Shown: piece after piece, positions 1 to 9,294 of the stretch
How the letters are laid out: every line of letters begins with the position of its first letter
Numbering within the stretch: the first letter of the stretch is position 1
Source: Bdellovibrionota bacterium
GTDB taxonomy: Bacteria > Bdellovibrionota > UBA1018 > CAIPTA01 > JAALKR01
Reading direction: 5' to 3'
Assembly (NCBI GenBank): GCA_965207455.1
Contig: CBDBMJ010000001.1
Coordinates: 1,811,043-1,875,042, forward strand
DNA length: 64,000 nucleotides
Position numbers and translations under genes: made by a program
Notes under the pieces: model-generated
Told to the model about the DNA's origin: nothing
The model's database searches: none
The model's input: only the letters and a program-made list of their open reading frames with translations

Positions 1-593
1 GTATTTGGATATTAGGTTTCGTTTCATAGTAGTTGGAGTTCAATTTCAGGGTTTGAGGAGTTAGTATTGTTATTTTGGGTTTTGGGCGGTGTTATGTTTC
101 CGCTACAAGTCAAGTTCAATCATTCGTTTTATGGGTATTGAGGGAGTTTAAATTTACGGAGGGCATCACTTTCTCGCTCCCACCTTTCACAAAGACAAAG
201 TTACTTCTTCTCACTGATATGCCTAAGGGTGTGTGTTTGTTCTTTAGGGAGGTGTGGTTGTGTTTCTTTTATCAGGCTCTGTGGTTTCATTCTTGTTTGG
301 ATCCTGGGAATCATTCCGACACTCCCCAAGACCACACCCCCGCTTCTTTCCTGATTAGGAGTTAAGCGTTTAGCGTGTGTGGTTTGTTTTGGTCCCTTCG
401 ACGACTGTTTTATTGACTCCTCTCTGAGAATCATTTCGACATATCTCAAGGAACACACTGACGATTCATAACCTTACTTATTGGATTCCCGCACTAAAGA
501 TTACAGAAAATAATTATATCTTTCACAAAAAGACATTAAGAAATTTATAAATGAAAAAATCAGTTCGACTCGCCGTCGCACATGAGGCACATA

Positions 594-2198
594 TCACTTC
601 TGTTGAGATTTGCTCAACTCTTCAATTAAAGAATCGATCATGGCTAGAAAAAATTCTTTATTTTCCTTTTTTTCACTTGAACTTTTCTTATCAATTATTA
701 CATCTCCAATTTTTGATTTCACATTCTCTAAATCTATTTTTATGTTTTTCTTTCTTTCTTCTAAAGATATTTTCAGCTTCTTGTAGTAATCAGAAGTAAA
801 AAACCTCATCTTTGAATCGCGACAAATAAAATAAGCTAGAATCATTTGAATGGTTTTTTGTCTTTCAGATTCATCCCGTTTTTGATCCGCCTCATCACGT
901 CGACTGTGTATTTTTTTCTCGCTTTCTAAATTAGACACGAAAACTGGGCTGACGAAATAACTAGACACATGAAAGTTCTCTTTACTTTCCATTGCCTCAG
1001 CTACAGTGGCTGAAAATTTAAGATGTAAAAATGCGATAAATGTGCGTGAATGTACATCTGGAAAAATTCCTTCGATTATATTCGAGAGATTCACATTAAA
1101 CTTGTCTTTATTTTCAAGATCAGCTCTTTGAGTTTTATAATATTCTTCAAAATAATTCAAAATAAAACAAGAAGAAAAATTATCTTTATTCCCTATCTCT
1201 ACTGTCCACGTTGGAGGAAAATAATATTTCCAAAATTCATACTCCATTCGATGGTCGGCCGACAAGATGGGGAACAGAACATCAAAAAAATTTTTCATGT
1301 AAATAAAGTACTCTCTTCTCTCTTTTTCATCTTCAGGTAATTTTGATTTTCCTTCACTTTCAAGCGATATTAATTTTTTTTCAACTTCACCAATGTGCCC
1401 CTCAAGCCGTGAGAATAAATATTCTATCTTGTCGTTCCTTGAAACAAGCTTCGTGATTGAAGATTTAAAAAGTTCTCTGCCAAAAAGGGCCCAACAATTT
1501 AAATTTCCGTATTTTCTTTGCCCCTCAAGGCTCTCTTTATTCCAGTTAAGCGATTCTAACAATATCTTATGAATTGAATCAGTGCTTCGATTTTTAATAT
1601 TTTTAGAGTAACCTTTTAATAAGGCGCTTAATCCAGTTGAAATTTTAGCATTTATAGAAAATTTAATTTTAGATATGAAGAGTTTTGTTATCTCTAATTC
1701 GTTGGGGATTATTTCTTTGTGCCAAAAAGAAATCCATGCCTCTGTCGCTTGCCTGTGTTCTTTAGATTTTATTTTTGAAAAATCTGATGAATCTAAAAAT
1801 AAAAATTCAAGTTCACCACGTTCCCCTATGGAAAATTTTATTACCTCTTTTAGCATCTTACAAAACACAATAATCAAATATAAGGCTGCAAAAATAAGCA
1901 AAATCTTCAAGCAAACATTAACATCCGTTCCAGAAAAAAATGCAAAAAGGAATATAGAGGGGATCGATAGTGAAAAAAGATAGCTTACTTGTAAGATGTT
2001 TTTATTAAAAATAATTTTATCAAAATCATCATCTTTGTCTGAAATATTTGCATAAGATTTTATTAAAAAAGGCATAAAAATTGCAAGAATACCTAAAATA
2101 ATGGTTTGGAAAAGCGAGGGATCAAGATATTCTAAAAATGAATCTACCTTTTTAAAAATTCCATCTGGCTTTAGGCAGATGCATTCACGCCCTGTCAT
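594..2198 (-). CDS. Hypothetical membrane-anchored protein (534 aa), AT-rich accessory gene
   Basis: Long ORF; about three N-terminal hydrophobic segments, then a charged helical-looking region; no motif recognised. Confidence 0.7.
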   Translation of the reverse strand: MTGRECICLKPDGIFKKVDSFLEYLDPSLFQTIILGILAIFMPFLIKSYANISDKDDDFDKIIFNKNILQVSYLFSLSIPSIFLFAFFSGTDVNVCLKILLIFAALYLIIVFCKMLKEVIKFSIGERGELEFLFLDSSDFSKIKSKEHRQATEAWISFWHKEIIPNELEITKLFISKIKFSINAKISTGLSALLKGYSKNIKNRSTDSIHKILLESLNWNKESLEGQRKYGNLNCWALFGRELFKSSITKLVSRNDKIEYLFSRLEGHIGEVEKKLISLESEGKSKLPEDEKERREYFIYMKNFFDVLFPILSADHRMEYEFWKYYFPPTWTVEIGNKDNFSSCFILNYFEEYYKTQRADLENKDKFNVNLSNIIEGIFPDVHSRTFIAFLHLKFSATVAEAMESKENFHVSSYFVSPVFVSNLESEKKIHSRRDEADQKRDESERQKTIQMILAYFICRDSKMRFFTSDYYKKLKISLEERKKNIKIDLENVKSKIGDVIIDKKSSSEKKENKEFFLAMIDSLIEELSKSQQK

Positions 2199-2624
2199 TT
2201 AACCTTCAATTCTGACTCATGGCTTGATTTCCAAATTATAGCTCATTCGATTATTTCTTTATAAATAGATTTAATTCATTTTAAATCAACAACACTTCAT
2301 CTATTTACTTTATAAACTAAAATAATTTATTTTTCACTATAATTCTATTAAGAAAATAGATTTTTCAGCAATACACTAAACTGTGTATAATGATCTTTCT
2401 CGAAAAAGACTTCTTTAACTTAGGATCATACTACCAAAACTGCCTCTATGAAACTAAGATAAAATCACTGCAACCTACTCTTTTCACTGCCATTGCACTC
2501 TAAGAGTAGATATGCTTGGCGTATTGCCGGGGTGTTAGAGGAATTTAGTGGTATTTATAATATTTAAATTTATCGTTTGATCTTTCTGATGTACCTCAAG
2601 AGCACACCCTCGATTCTTTCCGGC

Positions 2625-2849
2625 TTAGTAGTCAAATTTATAAACGCACCAGTTATTGTTTTCGTTTCTCTCGCTACCAGCACCAGGGAAACACTCATAC
2701 TGTTGAGCAAGAACATTCTCTGCTGCTTGAGCAACAACTTTTGATTTATAATAGCCTAAGATGACCCAATTTTTAAGGTTTGGGTACTGTTTTTCCCAGT
2801 ATTCTTTGCGACCTTTCGGATCAGTTGTCATGCCTACTCTACAAGCCAT
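2625..2849 (-). CDS. Small protein, possibly a minimal GIY-YIG-like domain
   Basis: 74 aa; RVGMTTDPKGR resembles YIGxTxDxxxR and AQAAE resembles the catalytic Glu helix; AAAGGAAA RBS-like sequence upstream. Confidence 0.5.
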   Translation of the reverse strand: MACRVGMTTDPKGRKEYWEKQYPNLKNWVILGYYKSKVVAQAAENVLAQQYECFPGAGSERNENNNWCVYKFDY

Positions 2850-2910
2850 ATTTAATCATTTCCTTTCGACTCAAGTGATACAATATAACTGAACTTTCAC
2901 GCAGACAAAA

Positions 2911-5061
2911 CTACTTCTTCCCACTGATTGCCCTTCGGGCAAGCGGTCTTTCTTTTGCCATATAAAGCGCACTTTGCCAAAGTGCTAGGGCTTTTTGGAT
3001 CATTTCTTTTGCTTTTTTGGGGTAGAGGTGTTTTACGTCTTTATCATAATCTTTCGTTTTATAGCGATACAGGATCGCCAGATTGTCCTCTGGATTAAGA
3101 GCTGCCTCTAAATTATTAACATATTTATTTCTATTCCAATTATTAGTATTAAGCCTAAGCAAAAATTCTTGTCCAATTAATTTCACAAGCATATTTGTAT
3201 GTATAAACATATAATCACTGTCTTTATACGATGAGTGCAAAATATTCCTTCCCAACATGGTGTTTTCTGCAGATATACCCATCATACCAAGCATAATGGG
3301 CATAATATCTATACTGGAAGTTACCTCTTGCACAGTTTTTTGTTTTTTAAACCGGAACTGAGGAGAATAAATAATCAATGGAACCTTTAAAAAAGAAAGG
3401 TTATGATATGTGAACCAATCAGGAACATGCTCGGCTCCTTTCAAACTTATCCCATGATCACCCACTAATACAAAAACTGTTTTATTATAATCCTTTCGCT
3501 TCTTAAAATCTTCAAAAAATACTCGTAGGCTGTAATCAGCAAACCGCAAAGCATTAAGCTCCTCAATGGAAGAAAAGCCATTTTTTTCTAATGTTTTTTT
3601 ATCTACATGAATCGACATAAAGCCTAAATTCTCTTTGGGAATAACATAAGGAGGATGGTGGCTCGCTCCTTCTAAAAAAGTGAGAAATGGTTTGTTTTGA
3701 TTAATTTTTCCTGCTCCATGCTTTTCCTCAATAATACGCTGTACCTCCTTATATAAATGGAAGTCAGAAACCCCCCAAGCATTTACTTCCGGGTATTTAT
3801 AATTTTTTTTTTCAAGCAAGTGGATATTATCTATGTTTTTCACTGTTGTCTTGTAGTCTAACCAAGTGAAATCATGAGATCTAAAAAAATATTTTTCATG
3901 CTTTTTAAGGGAATTTGCTAGGCTTGGCAATGGATAAGAGGGAATTTCAAGAAATGGAATGCTCGCTATTATGGAAAAAACACCATGAATACTAGATGGA
4001 GAGTAAACTGAAGCATGGAAATTTTCAAAAAATATGGCCTCTCTTCTTCGGATAAGTTCCTTCAAAAACGGAGTAGGATTTAGTGGATTTTTCAATGTCT
4101 TATAATCAGAATAAGATTCCAGAAAAATGAATACAATATTGGAATTGGGATCAAGATAAGGCGTCTTTCTTATGGGCCTTTTAAATAAATTGAGTATCTT
4201 TGCTAGATCTACAGACTCACCAGGTTCACCACCCTTTAGTGCTCTAGGATCAGGGGCTTTTAATTTAAGATGACCTTGGACTCCTGCAAATACTTTAAAG
4301 AAGTCACTAGGAAAAAAAGTAGCTTTTTCTTTTATTTTAGTGTCAAGTAAATGTTGAAAAGTATTAAAGCTCATGGGCAAATAAAATGGATCTTGCAATG
4401 AATAACTACGATAAGAATTAAACGGTCGCCTAACATCAATACCAATGACTCCTAAAAATAAAAACTCCAAGCATAATATGGAATAAAGAGCCTTTCGCTT
4501 AGGTAAATAAGAAGTGGTTGTAATCCGATTAAACGACTGAAAACCAAACCTGTCAAATAAACCCTTACCTGTAAATACAAGCCTCTTTAAAATAAAATAT
4601 AAGAAACAGGAAAGGAGCAGCCACCCGAAAACAATCCATACTATAGGATAGGATTTTATCACCATCGATAGAACAGCCAGTGGGCTTTTTAAGATGTAAA
4701 TGCTATCATAACCCAATCTTTTCTCCGTATATCCGTATGTGCCAAAATCAATGAGAAAAAACAAAAATATGAACGAGAAAAGAAAGGTATGAAAAAACAG
4801 AACATTCTTATTGCTATAGATATATTTTTTAGGAAATAAATAATCTCGCCAGAAAAAAGCTAAGCACGGCATGGAAAATAGAAGACTCCAACGCAGATCA
4901 AATCTAGCACCATAGAATAAGCAGTTCAGCAATGCATTCTGATTGCGGAAAAGAGTGCTCAGATCAGCTGAAAAATAAAACAGCATAATAAAGCGAAAAA
5001 CCTGCTGTACAAGAAAAAACAACAAGATAATTTTTATGCAGGAATACAACCTCATGTTCAT
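2911..5061 (-). CDS. LTA synthase family / sulfatase-fold membrane phosphotransferase
   Basis: N-terminal TM helices with GARFDLR; NIVFIFLES, SHHPPY, LRFAD, TVFVLVGDHG, VPLIIYSP and SSIDIMP motifs. Confidence 0.85.
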   Translation of the reverse strand: MNMRLYSCIKIILLFFLVQQVFRFIMLFYFSADLSTLFRNQNALLNCLFYGARFDLRWSLLFSMPCLAFFWRDYLFPKKYIYSNKNVLFFHTFLFSFIFLFFLIDFGTYGYTEKRLGYDSIYILKSPLAVLSMVIKSYPIVWIVFGWLLLSCFLYFILKRLVFTGKGLFDRFGFQSFNRITTTSYLPKRKALYSILCLEFLFLGVIGIDVRRPFNSYRSYSLQDPFYLPMSFNTFQHLLDTKIKEKATFFPSDFFKVFAGVQGHLKLKAPDPRALKGGEPGESVDLAKILNLFKRPIRKTPYLDPNSNIVFIFLESYSDYKTLKNPLNPTPFLKELIRRREAIFFENFHASVYSPSSIHGVFSIIASIPFLEIPSYPLPSLANSLKKHEKYFFRSHDFTWLDYKTTVKNIDNIHLLEKKNYKYPEVNAWGVSDFHLYKEVQRIIEEKHGAGKINQNKPFLTFLEGASHHPPYVIPKENLGFMSIHVDKKTLEKNGFSSIEELNALRFADYSLRVFFEDFKKRKDYNKTVFVLVGDHGISLKGAEHVPDWFTYHNLSFLKVPLIIYSPQFRFKKQKTVQEVTSSIDIMPIMLGMMGISAENTMLGRNILHSSYKDSDYMFIHTNMLVKLIGQEFLLRLNTNNWNRNKYVNNLEAALNPEDNLAILYRYKTKDYDKDVKHLYPKKAKEMIQKALALWQSALYMAKERPLARRAISGKK

Positions 5062-5130
5062 TTTTCCATCATAGCTTATAAAATGATTTTCTCACACTGA
5101 CACCTCTCTGATTAATAAACTCAGACCCAT

Positions 5131-5147
5131 TGTCTAATTTTCAAACA
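5131..5147. repeat. Palindromic motif copy TGTCTAATTTTCAAACA in the divergent sulfatase/pilA intergenic region
   Basis: Resembles TGTCYGA-N3-TCARACA copies at 10804, 13410, 19244 and 20896, with a similar CCCAT left flank. Confidence 0.5.
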
Positions 5148-5352
5148 CCAAAAACTGCCAAAACAATATACAATAAAAAAACAATGTACCGTGTATTATC
5201 TTAATACCCTTTAACGTGAGAAATATTTTATTAAAAAAAGTAAAAAAAACTTTAGTTTTTTATACAAACGTCCGTTTAATCTATATGCAACAAGGTTAAC
5301 TTGTTGTATAATTAAAAGAGTAACAAAAATCAAAAAAGGAGAACTAAAGATT

Positions 5353-5937
5353 ATGAAAATATTGAAAACAAACAAGGGTTTTACCCTAATTGAATTAATG
5401 ATCGTTGTGGCAATTATCGGAATTTTGGCTGCCATTGCGGTACCAAACTTCCAAAGTTATCAAGCGAAAAGTAGACAGTCAGAGGCTAAAATCTCTCTAG
5501 CAACTGTTCATAGCCAAGAGATCGCTTTTAGCGCAGAGTTCGGCGGCTATGTCACTGCACTAGACGCTATTGGTTATATACCAAGCACTTCCGGTGCAGC
5601 TGTTGCAATAGCCAGTACTAGAGGATCGCAGTACTATACCGTTGGTTGGACTGGTGATGCCGCACCTAATTCTATGCCTGCCAATGCTCCATACTCATTC
5701 CTTACAATCCGTTATTGGAGAAACTCAGGGACTAATTCAGGAGATGATGGTGCTACAGGGTGCAAAAATGGTGCTGTTCTTAGCGATGCATTATCGGCAA
5801 TCAACACTGCAAAAGTGAACGGAATAACCCAAGCCTTTACTGTCGGTGCTGCAGGAAAACCCGGAACTAACAATGCTTGCGATGAGTGGACTATAAATGA
5901 AAATAAAGTTCTTGCCAACAACGTACGTAACCTATAA
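5353..5937 (+). CDS. pilA: Type IVa major pilin
   Basis: [26 protein letters not shown] class III signal, then [12 protein letters not shown]-terminal Cys pair; AAGGAG RBS. Confidence 0.95.
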   Translation: MKILKTNKGFTLIELMIVVAIIGILAAIAVPNFQSYQAKSRQSEAKISLATVHSQEIAFSAEFGGYVTALDAIGYIPSTSGAAVAIASTRGSQYYTVGWTGDAAPNSMPANAPYSFLTIRYWRNSGTNSGDDGATGCKNGAVLSDALSAINTAKVNGITQAFTVGAAGKPGTNNACDEWTINENKVLANNVRNL

Positions 5938-5964
5938 CGTCAAGATTCGTACAGTCTAAAAACG

Positions 5965-6014
5965 AAAAGCCAGAACACTCGAAAGCGAAACGCTTCCCTG
6001 TTCTGGCTTTTTTT
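5965..6014 (+). terminator. Rho-independent terminator after pilA
   Basis: Stem AAAAGCCAGAACA / TGTTCTGGCTTTT followed by a T tract. Confidence 0.8.
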
Positions 6015-6059
6015 ATTCTGTCACCCCCATAACACATACAGTGTATCCTATAAACACAA

Positions 6060-6767
6060 ATGAAAATCATCAAACACTCAAAAACCTACCGTGTAAACTT
6101 CCTCCTCTTTCTTCTCGCCCTAATCACCGTCAGCCTATACCAAGAACAACGCCCCCACTTTCCCCTAAAAGATAAAACAACCTTTACCTTCAACGAAGGC
6201 TTCCCCTCCTTTTCCCCAGAATCCATACGCCTCTTAAGTTTTGGCTACCGCTTTGTCTGGAGTAGCCTCCTCTGGATCCGCTTCCTCCGCCACACACCTC
6301 CCAAAAGCATGGGATCCGCAGAAGTAAGCTGGATCTTCGTGGACCTAAACGCCATCTCCGTAATCGATCAAGACTTTTCCCCCGTCTATACCCACGGCGC
6401 ACTCTTCCTCTCCGTCATCACCGAAGATAAAAACGGAGCAAGACTCCTCCTAGAAAAAGGATCGAAAAAATACCCCAACTCCCTGCGAATACATTCTGCC
6501 CTAGCCTACCACTACCTCTTTGAACTCAAGGACCGCAAAAAAGCAGCCCAACAATACCAAATAGCCTCCCGGATTCCAGGAGCACCAGACTACTACGCCC
6601 TCCTTGCCGCAACCACCATGCAAAAAGAAGGGAACACAATGGCAGCTATTGCCTTCTTACAAGATATGCGAGAAAATGCAAAAGACCCCAAAGTACGAAA
6701 AAAGCTCCTACAGAAAATACACAACCTAGAAATGGGCTCAACCGAAAGAAGCACCTATGAAAAATAA
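6060..6767 (+). CDS. TPR-like pilus accessory protein (Myxococcus PilG-like)
   Basis: N-terminal TM; SSLLWIR and ARLLLEKGSKKYPNS TPR-like helices; lies between pilA and the ABC genes. Confidence 0.7.
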   Translation: MKIIKHSKTYRVNFLLFLLALITVSLYQEQRPHFPLKDKTTFTFNEGFPSFSPESIRLLSFGYRFVWSSLLWIRFLRHTPPKSMGSAEVSWIFVDLNAISVIDQDFSPVYTHGALFLSVITEDKNGARLLLEKGSKKYPNSLRIHSALAYHYLFELKDRKKAAQQYQIASRIPGAPDYYALLAATTMQKEGNTMAAIAFLQDMRENAKDPKVRKKLLQKIHNLEMGSTERSTYEK

Positions 6768-7677
6768 ACCAGCCCTAGAATTTATCAATGTCTCCAAAAC
6801 ATACCGCTCCGGATTCCTCGGCGAAAAAAAACAATCCCTAAAAAACTTGACCCTCTCCGTACCCACCGGCTCAGTCTTTGGCTTCCTCGGCGCTAACGGC
6901 GCTGGAAAAACAACGACCATAAAAATCACCCTCGGCCTTCAAAAACCCACGTCAGGCGAAGTAATCGTCCTCGGAAAAAGCAACTCTAGCAATAAAGCCA
7001 AAGCCCTTATCGGCTACCTACCCGAACGACCCACCTTTCATCTGGATCTTACTGGCAACGAATTCCTAAACTTCCACCGTAACCTCTTCGGCAACCGCAT
7101 CCAAAATAAACCCCAACTCTCTAACTCCCATCTGCTAGCTCTTGTTGGTATCCCACAAACCGCCTCCACACTCCTGCGAGAATTCTCCAAAGGCATGCTC
7201 CAACGAATCGGCATCGCCCAAGCCCTCATCAATTCTCCGGATTTGGTCATTTTGGACGAACCCATGAGCGGACTCGACCCCATCGGAAGACGCGACGTAC
7301 GCGAAATCATCTCCCAACTCGCACACGAAGGCAAAACCATCTTCTTTAGCAGCCACATCCTAAACGACGTCGAAAGCCTCTGCGACCAAATCGCCTTCCT
7401 CCAATCCGGCGAACTCAAAGTCCACGGAAAAATAAACGACATCCTGAAAAAAAGATCGTCAAAAGAAATCATCTTCAAAAACATCTCAGCCCACACCATT
7501 AAAAACTCCCCCATCCTACAAAACTCCACCCAATCCGGCGACTCCTGGACCCTACTCCTCCACAACCCCGAACACACCCAATCCACCCTCGAAACCATCT
7601 GGCAACAAAAAGGGGAACTCATCTCCGTAACCAACCAACAAATCAGCCTAGAAGAAGAACTCTTCCCATCACTATGA
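6757..7677 (+). CDS. pilH: ABC transporter ATP-binding protein (PilH-like)
   Basis: Walker A GANGAGKTT, signature FSKGMLQR, Walker B VILDEP, H-loop SSH; pil operon context. Confidence 0.85.
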   Translation: MKNKPALEFINVSKTYRSGFLGEKKQSLKNLTLSVPTGSVFGFLGANGAGKTTTIKITLGLQKPTSGEVIVLGKSNSSNKAKALIGYLPERPTFHLDLTGNEFLNFHRNLFGNRIQNKPQLSNSHLLALVGIPQTASTLLREFSKGMLQRIGIAQALINSPDLVILDEPMSGLDPIGRRDVREIISQLAHEGKTIFFSSHILNDVESLCDQIAFLQSGELKVHGKINDILKKRSSKEIIFKNISAHTIKNSPILQNSTQSGDSWTLLLHNPEHTQSTLETIWQQKGELISVTNQQISLEEELFPSL

Positions 7678-8453
7678 AAAAATACCTACAATCCGCTACC
7701 CTAACCATCGCCCTCACCACCCTCAGAGGCTTCACCCGAGACCGCATCTTCTATGCCGTCCTCCTCGTCGCCCTACTCCTCATCGCCTTCTCCTACTCCC
7801 TCGCCGGACTCACCTTCATCGGCTCCTATAAAATACTCATGGACTTCGGCTTCACCGCCATCTCCCTCTGCGGAATCCTCATCTCCATCTTCGTAGGCAT
7901 CATCTCCGTATCCAAAGAAATCGAAAACAAAACCATCTACACCATTCTCGCTAAACCCGTCCACCGCTCCCAATACATTCTGGGCAAATACCTCGGCTGT
8001 AGCCTCGTAGTCCTCATCGCCCACCTAATAATGTCCCTCTCCCTCCTAACCGTCATCTGGATCATCGGCATAAAAACCTCCACCGGCCTCTACCCCTGCT
8101 TCTACCTCATGACACTCGAAAGCCTTCTTATACTCTCCATCGCCCTGTTCTCCTCCATCTTCTCCTCCAGTGTTCTTGCCACCTGCCTCACCCTTTTGTT
8201 ATTCCTTATTGGAAGGAGTGCTTACTTCTTTCATTCTGCCTCAGAAAAAGCTGAAGGACTCATGCGCTATGTTTTTCGGATTCTCTACGACATTCTCCCT
8301 AACCTCGAACGCTTTAATCTCCGAGAAATGGCTGCCTACTCCAAGCCCTACCCCGACACCCTTCTCCTCGACAGCACCATCTACGCCCTCGCCTACACCA
8401 CCCTCTTTCTCACCCTAAGCACCATTCTTTTCATCCGACGGGACATGCCATGA
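7674..8453 (+). CDS. pilI: ABC-2 type permease (PilI-like)
   Basis: Multiple TM helices; KEIENKTIYTILAKPVHRSQYILGKYLG motif; ATGA overlaps with both neighbours. Confidence 0.85.
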   Translation: MKKYLQSATLTIALTTLRGFTRDRIFYAVLLVALLLIAFSYSLAGLTFIGSYKILMDFGFTAISLCGILISIFVGIISVSKEIENKTIYTILAKPVHRSQYILGKYLGCSLVVLIAHLIMSLSLLTVIWIIGIKTSTGLYPCFYLMTLESLLILSIALFSSIFSSSVLATCLTLLLFLIGRSAYFFHSASEKAEGLMRYVFRILYDILPNLERFNLREMAAYSKPYPDTLLLDSTIYALAYTTLFLTLSTILFIRRDMP

Positions 8454-9241
8454 TCGACCCCCAAACCATCATCCAAATCGCCTTCATCACCTTTGGTTTC
8501 ATCATCGGCAGCTTCCTCAACGTCTGCATCTCCCGCATGCCCAAAGAAAAAAGCGTGGTCTTCCCCCCCAGCGCCTGCATGACTTGCCAAAAAAACATCC
8601 CTTGGTACTGCAACATCCCCATTCTCAGCTACCTCTTCCTCCGCGGCCGCTGCCTCTACTGCAAATCCCGCATCCCCTTCCGCTACCTGCTAGTCGAATG
8701 CATCACCCCCGCCCTATTCCTCCTCTGCCTGCCCTACCCCTATATCCTCTGGCCCTTTTACGTTTACTTTCTCTCCTCCCTCGTCATTGCCACCTTTATC
8801 GACCTCGAACACTGGATCATCCCCGACAAGATCACCCTCCCAGGTATCCCCATAGGAATCCTAAGCTCCCTCGTCCACCCCTACCCTTTTATTTTGGATT
8901 CTGTGCTTGGCATGATATTTGGTGGCGGATCTCTCCTAGTCATTGGCATGATCTACGAGAAGATGAAAAAAACAGAGGGCATTGGTGGTGGCGACATAAA
9001 ATTTCTCGCCATGGGCGGCGCCTTCCTCGGCTTCAAAGGCATCATCCTCACGCTTCTTATTGCTTCCATCACTGGCATGATTATTGGACTCATCACCATG
9101 ATCAAAACAGGAAAAGGCGGCAAAACTGCCATCCCCTTCGGTCCCTTCCTCTCCGCTGGAATGCTCATCACCTTTATCTGGGGCACCCAAATCTGGGACT
9201 GGTACCTCGCCCTCACCAACCCTCAATCCCTCTTCCAATAA
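8450..9241 (+). CDS. pilD: Prepilin peptidase / N-methyltransferase, copy 1
   Basis: GSFLNV, two CxxC pairs, IDLEH and GGGDIK catalytic Asp motifs, IPFGPFL. Confidence 0.95.
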   Translation: MIDPQTIIQIAFITFGFIIGSFLNVCISRMPKEKSVVFPPSACMTCQKNIPWYCNIPILSYLFLRGRCLYCKSRIPFRYLLVECITPALFLLCLPYPYILWPFYVYFLSSLVIATFIDLEHWIIPDKITLPGIPIGILSSLVHPYPFILDSVLGMIFGGGSLLVIGMIYEKMKKTEGIGGGDIKFLAMGGAFLGFKGIILTLLIASITGMIIGLITMIKTGKGGKTAIPFGPFLSAGMLITFIWGTQIWDWYLALTNPQSLFQ

Positions 9242-9294
9242 CACACCCAACAAACCCACGGCGCAATGCCGCACGCAACAAGCTGGACACGTCA

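Noticed and set aside
75..458. ORFs 75-365 (+) and 201-458 (-)
   Set aside because: No motif or RBS; low-complexity skewed DNA. A minus-strand gene may start at 27 (MKRNLISKY) but too little is visible
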